Assembly: GCA_964035545.1 (NCBI GenBank)
Contig: OZ037769.1
Span: forward strand, 6,677,929-6,741,928
Length of the DNA stretch: 64,000 nucleotides
DNA from: Bugula neritina
Taxonomy: Eukaryota > Animalia > Bryozoa
Direction: 5' to 3'
Of the stretch, positions 12,001-24,500 are shown piece after piece. The translations under genes and the position numbers were made by a program. The notes under the pieces were generated by a model. It was not told the DNA's origin. It made no database searches and saw only the letters and a program-made list of their open reading frames with translations. How positions within the stretch are numbered: position 1 is the first letter of the stretch; every line of letters begins with the position of its first letter.

Positions 12001-15000
12001 TGAGTGTGATTCAAGTAATTACTGTTGTAGTATGGGGTCGTGTATAACCAGTCACGGTTCAATAACTCATAGAGAATTTATAATGATTTGACCCCAATTA
12101 AAATTGTATTGTACATGTATTTAGCTGACAAGTTGAAGCAGTGATTATGGTGATCAGTTGTTACTCGTCCGCTGTGTAAGTGATGCAATCCAGTAGAGTT
12201 GACAGCTAGTCAAGTCTTGTAATGATAATCTTGTATGCCGAGTTTATGCTGATTAGTGGAGTCCAAAGATAAATTATAAGGTTGCTTTCACAGTTCATAT
12301 AGCATGAGATGATTGCTATACTCGTGTCCGTTTATTTCAAACTTGTCGTTGCGATAAAGCTGTACTGCAAGGATATTTTACAGAACCAGCTCCTTTTGTT
12401 TATTATTTATACTTGTGTTTATCTAGAGTTGATAGTTTTTACTGATTGAGATTTTAAAAGCAAACTGCAGTATACTGTCCGTAGCTGTGTACTAACTGTC
12501 TGTTATTCCTTGTTTTCGAGCCTTGTTTGATGACAGTTGATGTACTTATGAGTATAATTCTGCAGTAGAATATCGTTAGAGGATGTGTTTGACTGGTGTT
12601 ATACTATGTGTATCACCGGTCCGTAGAGCATAGCTGTAACTATGATGATGTGAATCCATAGTTCCTTGATTTAGCTAAAGATTTCTTTAAATTTAGCTCA
12701 ATGTTGTGAATGATGTACGAATTCCTTAAAGTTATAGTTTTCATTAAGGTTTCACTATAAAGTTCTCTAAGAACTTTAGCCTTGGAGTTGCCTGCGTTAT
12801 GGATATTTAACTAGGAATATTTGTCAGATATTTCACAGAACTGGTATATTTTATTATTTGAATCGATATAAGTTCATAAAATGTAGAAAAACTCTGTATA
12901 ATTATTAGTCCGTAAGAATAAATCCATAAAACTGTTAATATTAGTCCATATAATTGTTTTCTAGTTCTAGTAGTAGTTCTATAGTTCTATAGTTTGTGAA
13001 ACCTGTAATTATTAAAAGAAAACATGAATAGATTGTTTAAACATATTTTATAATATTGTAGTAAACTAATAATTGTTGAATTACTAATGATAAATTAAAA
13101 AACTAAGTACCCCTAGTACACTCCAGGTTAAATTTGAGCTTCACACTATGATTTGATGACTGTCTGCACGCAACTGAAGCCGATAGAGCCAGGCGACCTA
13201 CACTTGTTTTTTAATTAGTTGGCGGCAAAATAGCAGTCACGTGACCATGTTAGATTTTATTAGACTCAGTATGAGTGTAATGATTCTGTTTATTGTTTTG
13301 TGTGCTTTTACAGTGGGCAATAAACATTCGTTTCATGAAGATGATGTTGTGGGGCTTTTAGACAGCTATGAAAGCAATAGTACTGACTCAGATATTGAAC
13401 ATCTATCTTTAGAAGAGAGTAATACCATTTATTATAAAATATTATCAAGTAATTATTTATTGATTTCTCAAAATGAGAGAAAGTTACTACTCGCTTCAAA
13501 CTCTCATCCACAGTCTTAGTTTAATTCTGAGTCACCAACTGTGACCAAGAACGAGTCAGCATATACAGTCGCACAGTCACTGACTGCAAGTGAGTCTGCT
13601 GCATCAACACATCCAGTTTTAGCTAAGGTCTGTAAAAACAAAAATTATATAGGGCATTGTATTCAAACTGATCGTGATCCTGATGATTTTGGAGGTCATG
13701 ATGATGAACATAATTATAGTCATAATAATGAGCTCATTAATTTTATTTGAAGCTGCACAAAAAATTGTATGTTTTTGTTCAATTTGAATGATTTGATTGC
13801 CACTTATTTTGATTGTAAAGACTTGACTGTGAAGGAACTGGATTTGGTTTTAACTGCAAAGTTACAAGCGTTGATAAGTTGTGATTCTACAATTATTGCT
13901 TACAAAAAAATTTCAAGAGAGAGAATTAAAAGCCATACATTTTATATGCATTATAGAAAATCAGTGTGTAAGCAATTTTTTCTTAAGTTGCAAAATATTG
14001 GTCATCATAGGCTTGATAACTTAGTAGCTTATCTTAAACAGAATGGCCTTTCAATGGGTCAAAAAAGATGAGATGGCAGGAAGAATAATACACGATCCAT
14101 TAATTTTCACTCAACTATGAATGTCGTTTCTTTCCAACTCACTGAGAAACACGGGGTTAAACTTCCTGGACGTGTGCCTGGGTTCAAGACCTACGGCATA
14201 TCTCTTCTACCATCAGAAATGACAAAATGTTATGTGTACAGCCAGTATGTCTCTGCATGCTCTTCAAAAAGTGGAACCATTGTAGGCTCTACATTTTTTA
14301 AAAGCATGTAGAGTTCTTTATTGCCATTCATAATTTTGAGCAAACCTGATACTGATCTGTGTTGGGTTTGCCGATCAAACAACGCCCTGATAAACAAGTA
14401 TAATTTAAATAGCACACTGATAATTTTTTATTGCAATTTTCTAACAACTACTAATTATACTAACATACTTCATTGCTGTAAAGCTGGCTAACACTACTAA
14501 CCTTACTAAATCATGTTTTTACAATGTAATATAGAAGCAGCAACCAGGAGCTTCTACATAAAACAACTCGCGTGCAGCAACAACTAGCACATTTGCACTC
14601 TGCCAGCGAGGCACATAGCTATTACCGTAAATGCAGAGAGCAAGCTCACTTGTCAGCTGTATTGCACTTATCTTTTGACTTTGCTCAGCCAGTAAGGGGT
14701 GCTTTTCACTACTTATATTTACAACACCTTCTTTTCTATGCAGCGTTAAAGTGTATACCTTGTATGCAACTATTTATCACACAATTGGTGTGAAATAAAC
14801 TAACACAAAACATGCAATGACAAAGCACCAGTTGTTGAAAATTGCATCTAAACCACCAAGCATATTTAATCATTATTTACATGTTTTCCCCATTCAGTTC
14901 CAATAAATGCCCCTTGCATTCCAAGTCAATAATACAACTACTCTAACTTACACCACTGCTCTCACTCAAACGCAGGAGAAGCAAAAACTTCAAGGAGTAA

Positions 15001-15272
15001 TAGGGCTATGCCGTGTTTAAGTCGGTACCAAATGTCTCTACTATACTACTTATATAACTGTATCAGTATATAAAACTGTATAATTAGTTAGTATCTAAAA
15101 CTGTATTAGTTATTATATGTAACTATTAGTATATAAAACTGTAATAGTATATATAACTGTGTTAATTAGTATAATTGTAATAAATAAGTATGTATAACTG
15201 TATTAGTATGTATAACTATTAATTAGTAGGCTATACACACACGCACTCACACACACAATGTGTATATATATA

Positions 15273-15335
<63 letters not shown>

Positions 15336-15379
15336 CACACATTATATATATACATTGTGTGTGTATGTATATATCTATA

Positions 15380-15447
<68 letters not shown>

Positions 15448-15496
15448 TATAGATATATACATTATAGATATATACATTATAGATATATACATACAC

Positions 15497-15540
<44 letters not shown>

Positions 15541-18500
15541 TCAGTCCAGTTCATTTAGTACAAACTGATTTTGAGTTTGTCAGTTTATATATTGCTTGTT
15601 TTTACATAGTTGTGATTGACTATACAGATTCAAAATGATTTTAATTAATGTAAAACTATCTCAAAATTAATAAACTTTTCATATTTTGCTGGGAACAACA
15701 ATACAATATTGTATAAACTCATCAAAAAGTTTGTTTTTTTTAGCTAATTTCCTATATAAGACAATTCAAAATGAGTGGTTTTGACATCTTTCAGGATTAA
15801 TAAGTTTTACAATTTTGAATCAAGTTTTATTTTATTTACATATAACGAAAGACAAATATTTCATCTTTACAATGTTGTTTTATTTGCAGGGGTCACGTAC
15901 AGATTTAATTCAGAAATTATGTTTTTAAGTAACGCAAGTGTCAAATTTCTTACCTAATCGTACTTCATTGTACTTACTCATACCATTACTGCTTACATGC
16001 TTGCGGAGTTGTCCGTCTATAACTAAATTTGTTTTCGAAATGCTTTCCTATTTTTAAAGAAATATCTCAAATAAAATGACCGATGTTGATTTGTTTTTTA
16101 ATATCAATAATATTTTGAAGAAACATTTTAAAAAAATACTTGTCTTATTATAAAAAAATAAAATTTATTTAATTCTATCAATTAAATTTGCTTTTTAATT
16201 TTTTTTCTCGGAATTAGTCTTGTCAATAGCCCGCGAAATATTAATTCTACCTTGATGAAAAATTGTTTCGTTCTGCTGCTTGAACTTTTCAATAAGAAAG
16301 TTTTGGTAAATAAGTTTACTTCGTTTCAACCAATATTGTATTTACTGTTGAATAACTTCTGATCCTTGTTGGTAAGTAGCGAATCATTACACTATTGGGC
16401 TGATTACAAGATTTTTGGGTTATTGTGAATAGGAAATTAATGGAAAAATATAGCTGCAAGCACGAGCACTGGTAGTAGTTGTAGTAGTATTTATACTCAT
16501 TATAATTAGAAGTATAACTATTATTATGGGAGTTTTGATATGTTATAATAATTGATATAACTAATAATCAATAATAATAACTAATGATTTTATCAGTACG
16601 AGTTAAGTTGCTTTTATACCTCTGCTGAAAAAAGTACCGAGTTTAAGTTAATAATGCTTGTCCGAGTACCCCTTTATAGTCTAACTGAAACTCGTTGAAA
16701 TCATATTGATGCGGTTGCTCACTTTCTGAAATTGAAATTTGACTCGCATAATAGCTATTTGATGCCCTTTGTAAACGTCATGAATTAGTGAAGCGGACAG
16801 CATAAAAGCGATAATTGAGAAGGCGTAGGCTATATAATTATGACCGTATAAGTACGTTGTCTAATCGCCAAAGTAATAACTAAATAACGATGTTTACAAG
16901 GAGTTATTACTCCTATTCTAAAATTGGCCGATTAAGTTATCACAGTACAAAAATTTTTAAAAGTGGCTTTTACAATGCAATGCAACTCGGTGAAATTTCA
17001 ACTCGGCCAAATTGAAATTCTGACCGAAAATCGTGAAGGTATAAAGGCAACTATAGAGTATTGCTGGTACTTGTTGTAATTTTAAGTTTATTCACTTTCA
17101 TTTTACTTGACTTACTTGACTTACTTGAAGATGCAATCACGTTAGACCACTAGATTAGTGTAAGCGACGTGCCTCGTTTGGTGAACAGAATTATTAAATG
17201 TAGTTAATACTTTCATCACATAAGTGCAGTTCTGTTTTAAGACTTTGGTGCCAGTACAGGGCCTTATGAGACCTGTCTGTGAGCAGCATTTGATGTTATT
17301 TTCATATCACGTAGTGCTCTGGGTAGGAAGCTGGCATGAAATAGTGAGGTGTTAGTCCTGAAAGTGGTGGGCATGCCATTTGACTGGGACCTGGTGGTAA
17401 CTGATGTAGTGGGCTGGTCGATGAGGTGTTCATACGATTTTGAGAGTGAAAGATGGTATTCCTCTTTGGCCAGGATCCGCATCAAGAGACTAAGTCGTAG
17501 GTCTTTGCGCCTGTTTTGCAGGGGGGTTAATCCAAGCCTAGATCTTGCCTCATCTGAGCCACCCCTGCCTTTAATACCTGCCACAAATCTCGCAGCCTGC
17601 TCTTGCATTTGCTCAATATCTGCTACAGCCTTCTTGGAGCTAGGGTCCCACACAGCAGCAGCATATTCTAGATGAGGACGACACAGGGCTTTATATGCTA
17701 GTAACTTCGCCTTTTCTAGTGCCCAATACAGTGCCCTTCTAATCATCCCGAGTTGTCGCTTTGCTGTGAGTAATTTCTGCTGGATATGCATGTCGAACTT
17801 CAGGTCTGATTGTATAGTGACACCAAGATACAACGCGTGGTCAACAACTGCGAGAGTCTGGCCTCCAAGTGAATAGTTATGTGTGAATTTCATGTTACTG
17901 AAGATGATGATCTTGCTTTTTTTCACATTGAAAGACATACCCATCCTACATGCCCAGGAGTCCAAGAAGTTCAGGTTGTGCTGAAAACGGGCTGTGTCCT
18001 GCTGGCTTGTGATGGTCTGGTACATTAAGGTGTCGTCTGCAAATAGGGCGACTGGGCAATCTACCTCGTTTGGAAGGTCATTGATAAATATCAGGAAAAG
18101 CACAGGCCCGAGAACTGATCCCTGAGGTGCCCCTGACGAGACTGGGAGACTGCTTGACACCTTACCATTAAGTATCACGCGCTGGGACCTATCAGTAAGA
18201 AAGTTATGTATCCAGTGAAGTATATGTGTGTCAATTGTTCCGATCCTGGAGAGTTTTTCCATTAGAAGTGCATGCGGCACCTTGTCAAAGGCTTTTGTGA
18301 AGTCAAGCACCGCTGCAGGAGTGCTCAAGCCTTTAACTGCCGCACTGAGAATATCATGTGTGGTGGCACAGAGTTGTGTCTCACATGATAGCCCTTTTCT
18401 AAAGCCGTGCTGTCTGCTGTGGAGGAAACCATCTATATTCTCTTGTAAAATACCAAGAACGATGTGCTCTAGTAGCTTACATGGAATGCTAGTTAGGGAG

Positions 18501-21500
18501 ATTGGCTGATAGTTGTTGGCAGAGCTCCTGTCACCACTCTTGAAGATAGGGGTGACATTGGCAGTTTTCCAACTGTCAGGGAGTTCACCATGCTGTAAGG
18601 ACTTGTTATAGATCTGAGTCAGGCATTCTGCAGTCAGGTGTGTATCAATTGTAAGGTCAGCTTTACGTAGTTGGTCTGGCCCTGGAGCTTTCCCATTTTT
18701 AAGGCCTGCCAGTAGCTTCTTCACTCCTTCGATTTCAATATGGGTGGTGGGTTCATTGGCATGTGTCATTGGTAGCTTTTGAAGCTGGTGTCCACTGTTG
18801 AATTGCTTGTGAAAGTGGTTATTTAGGATATCTGCACACTCCACGGCATCATCTGTGGACGAGTTGTTTGGCTTGGTTAGACGAATGAGCTGTTTACTAG
18901 TTCGCGTACCCTTTAGGTGTTTGTAAAATGGTCTGCAGTTGCCTTCAGCCAGAGGTTTGCATATGCGTGACTCCAAATATGCCTTTATGTGCTGTCGCAT
19001 ATTTTTCTTTGCCTGCTTTCTGATCAAAAGGGTCACCTGTCTTTTTAAATCTGTTATATAGGGAACGCTGCTTTTTAACTATTTTTCGGCTATCCTGGTT
19101 AAACCACATTGGTTCAGCATCGTTTGGTGCTCTGCGAGTTTTCTTAGGAACATACTTATTAACTGCTTCCCGTAGACCTGCTGTGAAAAACTCCCACATT
19201 GCATTGACGTCATCTAAATCTAAGAGTTTATGTTTGATTTCCTGGGGAGTGTGCTGAAAGCTGCCAAGGTCAACCTCATTGTACGCTTTAAATCTGTATT
19301 TTGACCTGTTCTTGTTTGCACGAGAGGAAATTTTGGCTGTCAAAATGAAGTGGTCACTTAGCCCAGGGCGAATAACATTGGCATCCACTACTTGGTCTGG
19401 TCTGTTAGAGCATATTAGGTCTAGAGTGTTACCATGTATAGGGGTCGGCCCAGTAATAAGTTGGTCAAGGTTATATTGTGCTAGTATTGACAAGAATTCC
19501 AAATTAAGTGTTTTGTTATGAGACAGTGGTTTTACTCTGGGGCCATTCCAGTCAATACCTGGCATATTCATATCACCAATTAGTAGCAGGTGATCATTTG
19601 GATATTTCATTGTAACTTCCTCCAAGACTCCATGCAGTGGGCCAAGATCCCTGGCAGTTGGGGGTCTGTAGTAGCATCCTATAAGCAGGGACTGATAAAT
19701 GCGGATGAAGTTGATCTCAATGTTACTTGCATTGTTGCAAGAAACCTTTCCACAGAAATCACATCATTGATGGCCAACAAAACCCCACCCCCATGTACAT
19801 CTCGGTCTTTCCTAAAAATAATTTTGTTTTGGTAATCAAAGATTTGATGGTCAAAGATTGTATGGTCCAGGTGGGTTTCAGTCAGACAGATGACGTCGTA
19901 ATCATGGGTATCAGCAGAGAGCTCTTCAGTTTTACCTTTGGTTGACCCTATGTTCGTGGCAAATATTTTTAAACTGTCATTAAGTTAGAATTCTGTAGGG
20001 TTGGGCTGTCCTGGTTGTTTGAGTGGAGACCTATGCTCACTTCCCTCCATTCCCCCGAGACAGGATCTTTCTTTTGTATTTTCAGACTTCTTATCCTGTA
20101 TTCTTTATCAGTATCAGGGCTATGCTTCAGATCTCTAATTCGCTGACGTAATGCATGTTGTTCTTCTCTTTTTTCCTTACTTTCATCTGGCTTGACAAAC
20201 ACATTGAGCGATCTTAGAGAGGCATTCGCTCTTTTAATGAACTCCCACTTACTTGCCTCGCTGGTAAATTCCACCTTGATAGGTCGGGGTCTGTTTGGAT
20301 CTACAGGTCCACTTGTTTGAAGTCTTATAGCACTTTTTGGTTGCCGATCAGGTTGGGCATCGCTGTGTTGGAAGCAGTAGTTCTTCATTAGGTCCTTTAC
20401 TTGATTCAGTGTAGTCATTTCTTCCTTTTCCTCAATTCCATTGAGAATAGCATTTTTTTTCCTTGCTTCGTGCTGATTTGTTTCGGGGTGTTTCTGGAGA
20501 ATGGCCTGAGCACTCCTTTTAATCTCTTGTGTTTTTCGCATACCCTCATCATTGGTTTTAACAGCTTCTGCATAAGACTTTTCTAACTTTTCCATCCTCA
20601 TCTCAAGGCTATTATTGGCGGTAGTCATGTTTTTGATCAGACTTTCAATATTTGACAACTTCTCTGATGCGGCTGTGTTAGCAGCAATCACTGCTAGACT
20701 CCCCAAAGAAGCATCCTCATTTCCTATGGAAGCTGATTCAATTTGGGGACAGCATGTGTTACAAAACCATTTGATACCTTTTTTGTCGTTCTTGTCAAGA
20801 AAGCTTACATCAGCATTCTGAAGATCTTGACACATTCCATGGTACCATTCATGACAGAGGTCACAGTTCACCCATCTAGTATTTATTTTGTGCTGCTTTC
20901 CCTTTGAGTTCCTACCACTCATATAACAATCAGCCTCCTTGCAGGTCTTACAAAGCGTTTCAGCTGGCTTGTCAGTCTCATCATCAAGGGCAGGCATGCT
21001 TTTTCTTTATGCAATCCCAGTTTGAGTTTATGCTGTGCTTATAATAGCATTAGCCCACACCCAAGAAGGCAAAGAAAGCGTGACTGAAAATAAAAAGAAT
21101 TTTCTACAGTTTGTTACTCTCAAATTTGGGTCTTAGAGTTGAAGTTGGTTAAAAAAAATTATGTCATGGGTATAATACTAATAACTATAATACTAATAGC
21201 AGTCGTAGTACTAGCAGTAGCAGCAGCAGTAATAACGGAAAGACTAAGGGTGGCACTAACAGTAACAGTAGTTGCAAGACTAAGTCTAGGAGTATGAGTA
21301 AGTTAAAGTAGCAGTAGTATTATTGTCACGATGGATATTAAGTTCTGGTCAGTTTCTAAGACTGAGTCACACAGGACCAGACTTTTGAGTCAAATCAATA
21401 AGCACCACTGCCTCTACTAGGGACTCGAATGTTAAAATTACGTTAAATTGTTTGGAAGTTTAAAATTTGGCGTTCTCCATTCTCGAAACCGATGTACGAG

Positions 21501-24500
21501 CGTACTTACGTTTTTAATTTATCAAATAATTATATTATATTAAATTTAATGGGTATTTCAATTCATACACGCACAAGATTCATTACGATTATTCAATAAC
21601 TTCGTGTTAGTTTTGTCACGGTGAACTTAACAAAACAACAGTATGAATATTAATCTAAATATTATGATTAAATACAAATTCAATAAAATTATATATCATC
21701 ATAGAATAAATTTTTTTAGTAATTCTCTTGAATTTAGTATATTTTGCAGTTTTTAATTAATATACAGTATATTTTGCAAGTTTATTCAATTGAGTCGTAC
21801 TTTAAATAGCAATATGAATTTTAACCCCAAAAACGTGCAATGGCACTTACTTTTAGCTTTGTATTCGTATTGGTATAATCATTTAATATACTTGAAGACT
21901 GTCAATATTAAGCGCAAACCAATAACTGTAAATTATATTAACCATCTTATTAAAAAATTATAATTTTAAATTTGACTTTGTTGATAATGATTATTTTACT
22001 ATTTTACTCACTTGATATTTTTCTAACGAAGCTTGAAACAACACGGTTTTGGATTTTCATGTGTTGCAAATTTGATCTGTCATGAGTATTGTGCTGAAAC
22101 TAATACTTTATTTTATTTTTTCCTAACTTAGTTTGGTAATACTTCAAATGTGATTGTGAAAAAATAAAGGCTTGCTCATAGTTATTTGTCAAATTAAAAT
22201 TGTAATATGATGTATTAAGATGCAAATATAAAAAAATATCATTTTGATTAGCATTTGATGTTAATCTCAATCACTGACAACTATCAGCAACCAACTATAA
22301 AACCTAGAATATTTTATTTTAGTATTATAAAAGCTTGGTACATTTTAATTGAAATTTGAAATATCCATGAGTAATATGTTAAACTACTAACTAAGGTAGT
22401 GCGCCATCACTTTGCTAGAACTTTTTTGTAGTATAACATAGTTTATCAGTGACTGTATACTTTATGCTATAATTTCAGTCTTTAAAATGGGTCCTAAAAC
22501 TAGACCTGCTCCTATTTCAAAAGCACAATACCTGAGAGAATATCAAGCCAATTTATCTCCAAGTGTGAAGAAAAAGCGAAGAAGAAAATGAGTGGAAAAA
22601 GCTCGTCTTTGATGACAAGCTCTTCGGGAGAAAGCTAGACAAAATAACTTAAATCTTAGAAAAGCTCGGCGTGCTGAAACTAACAGGCGGTGTAGGGCCA
22701 AACAAGACAGTCCTAAAAAGCAACAAGCCCTATCCACACCATCGACGAAAGCAAAACACATTGCTCAGCTTATAGATAGTGCTTCACCATCAACAAGTGC
22801 TTGTTTAAAAAGCTGCCACATGGAAAAATCTTGAGAAAGAACTGCTGAGTATAACATTGTGCAAGCTGCGTCCAGCACATGTAAGAAAGTTCCTACAGTT
22901 CGAAAAGCGTTGGTTTAATAACTTGCCAGCTGTAATAAGTCAGCAGTAAGTGACTGAATACATCAATGGAAAAGAGATTTGTCGAATACGAAAAGTAGTT
23001 GCAAGTGGAGCGAGATGGGAGTTAGCAAATGAGTTGTGTAATCAACTAAGATCGTTTCTATACCAGCTTTACAACTGTATCTCGCAATCTTCTGCATTCA
23101 CCAAATGCAAAGCATCATTAAAGCCCAGGCAGGTAGTAGTTGTTGCTGACTGCTGAAAATTATGTGTGTGGACAATTTGCGGAGGTCCAGTCTGCGTACT
23201 ACTGTCGTAACTCGGTAACAGTTCACCCATTTGTTTTAATTTTTCCATCAACTGCTACTGTAAGATGTGACTCGTTAGTCATCATCTCCAATGACCTCAA
23301 ACATGACGCCTATGCTGTGCAACACTTCATGACAGTTTTAGGATCGCACCTACAATCTTTATACCCTGAAGTTACAGATGTTATTATGTGGTCCGATGGT
23401 TGTGCAGCTCAATACAAGAGCAAGCTGCCAATGCATAACATCGCACATTCATATAACATTCCATTCAACATCACATGGAATTTCTTTGGTAGCAGGCATG
23501 GGAAAGGAGAGGCAGATGGTGAATCGGCAGTAGTGAAAGGGAAACTTGATAGGCTGGTCCGGGCTCAACATCTCATAGTAAATGATGCATCCGATGCTTT
23601 CAAGCTGTTGAGAGATAATGGTGATGTAGAAATCCAATGTCGTCATTCACAACGACATCTGTTCTATGTTCCTCATCATAAAATTGATAGGACTCCAATA
23701 GATATATGTGGAGTTCCTGGGGTCAGGCGTCTTCACCAGGCCAAGCAAGGTAGCAACTCATCTCTTGTATACAGGGGATCATCATGCTACTGTGTTGAAA
23801 GCGATTGCCAGCATGATGCTACCAATTTATGGACCTCCTTCATATATCCTGGTTAGTTATCTGGCTTGTATTATGTTCTGTGTTTCACTTAAAGCATTTT
23901 TGTTTGTTTTTTAGACAAAGTTTCAGATAAGTATCGACACATTTCACTGCTTTGCTTTCACTAATAAAACTTCTAAAACTTTCTAAACTCATATATGACT
24001 AACAATGATATTGTGACCTCCTATTTCTCTGTAAACTTCACATGTTGCAACTTTGCACTCTTACGCTAGCACAATTGCTTTTTAAATTAATACACATGCT
24101 GATTTCTTCCTTTCAAATAGTGCTTGATATTTTCTTTGTAATGCAGCATATCAGTGTACTTGTCACTACTATTTAAGAGAATCAGAGAGAACTTGCTCTC
24201 ATGAAAAAGTTTTGCGATGAGGCAGAAAAACATCATGATTTAGTGCAGATGGTCGATTCTGATAATGATGAGGGTAGTGAGAATGACAGTGGTGATGGTG
24301 GTGAGGAAACAAGCAATGTTGCACATGTAAGTGTTCATACAGATACTGCTACAGAAATATTGTTAATTATCCTAATCTAACCTTTAAAACTATAAATTGT
24401 TTATCTTAACCCTTTCATGCGCAGCGTCCACGTATGTGGACACTACCTTTTTTGTACCAAAACAAGTCAAATTTCAATAATTCACACTTTTTAGTAGATT

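Larger units (their letters stand above)
677..15050 (-). mobile_element. Maverick/Polinton (adintovirus-like endogenous virus), decayed and internally rearranged
   Basis: Starts AGTAGTAG at 677 and ends CTATACTACT at 15050; ~108-bp terminal inverted repeats; 6-bp TSD TATATA (671-676, 15051-15056); minus-strand remnants of ATPase, integrase, penton, major capsid and cysteine protease. Confidence 0.93.
17103..21480 (-). mobile_element. CR1-group (CR1/L2-related) non-LTR retrotransposon, nearly full length
   Basis: PHD-finger ORF1, APE-RT ORF2, 3' tail of (AAGTAAGTC)n at 17103-17128; the 5' boundary is approximate. Confidence 0.88.

Noticed and set aside
11700-14940. Maverick protein-primed DNA polymerase
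   Set aside because: No PolB motifs (D..SLYP, K...NS.YG, YxDTDS) seen on either strand.
15203-15568. Tyr/Ile-repeat ORFs on both strands
   Set aside because: Translations of (TA)n microsatellite.
17349-20821. Plus-strand ORFs over the LINE (also those over the BEL and RTE fragments)
   Set aside because: Antisense shadows of real minus-strand coding sequence.
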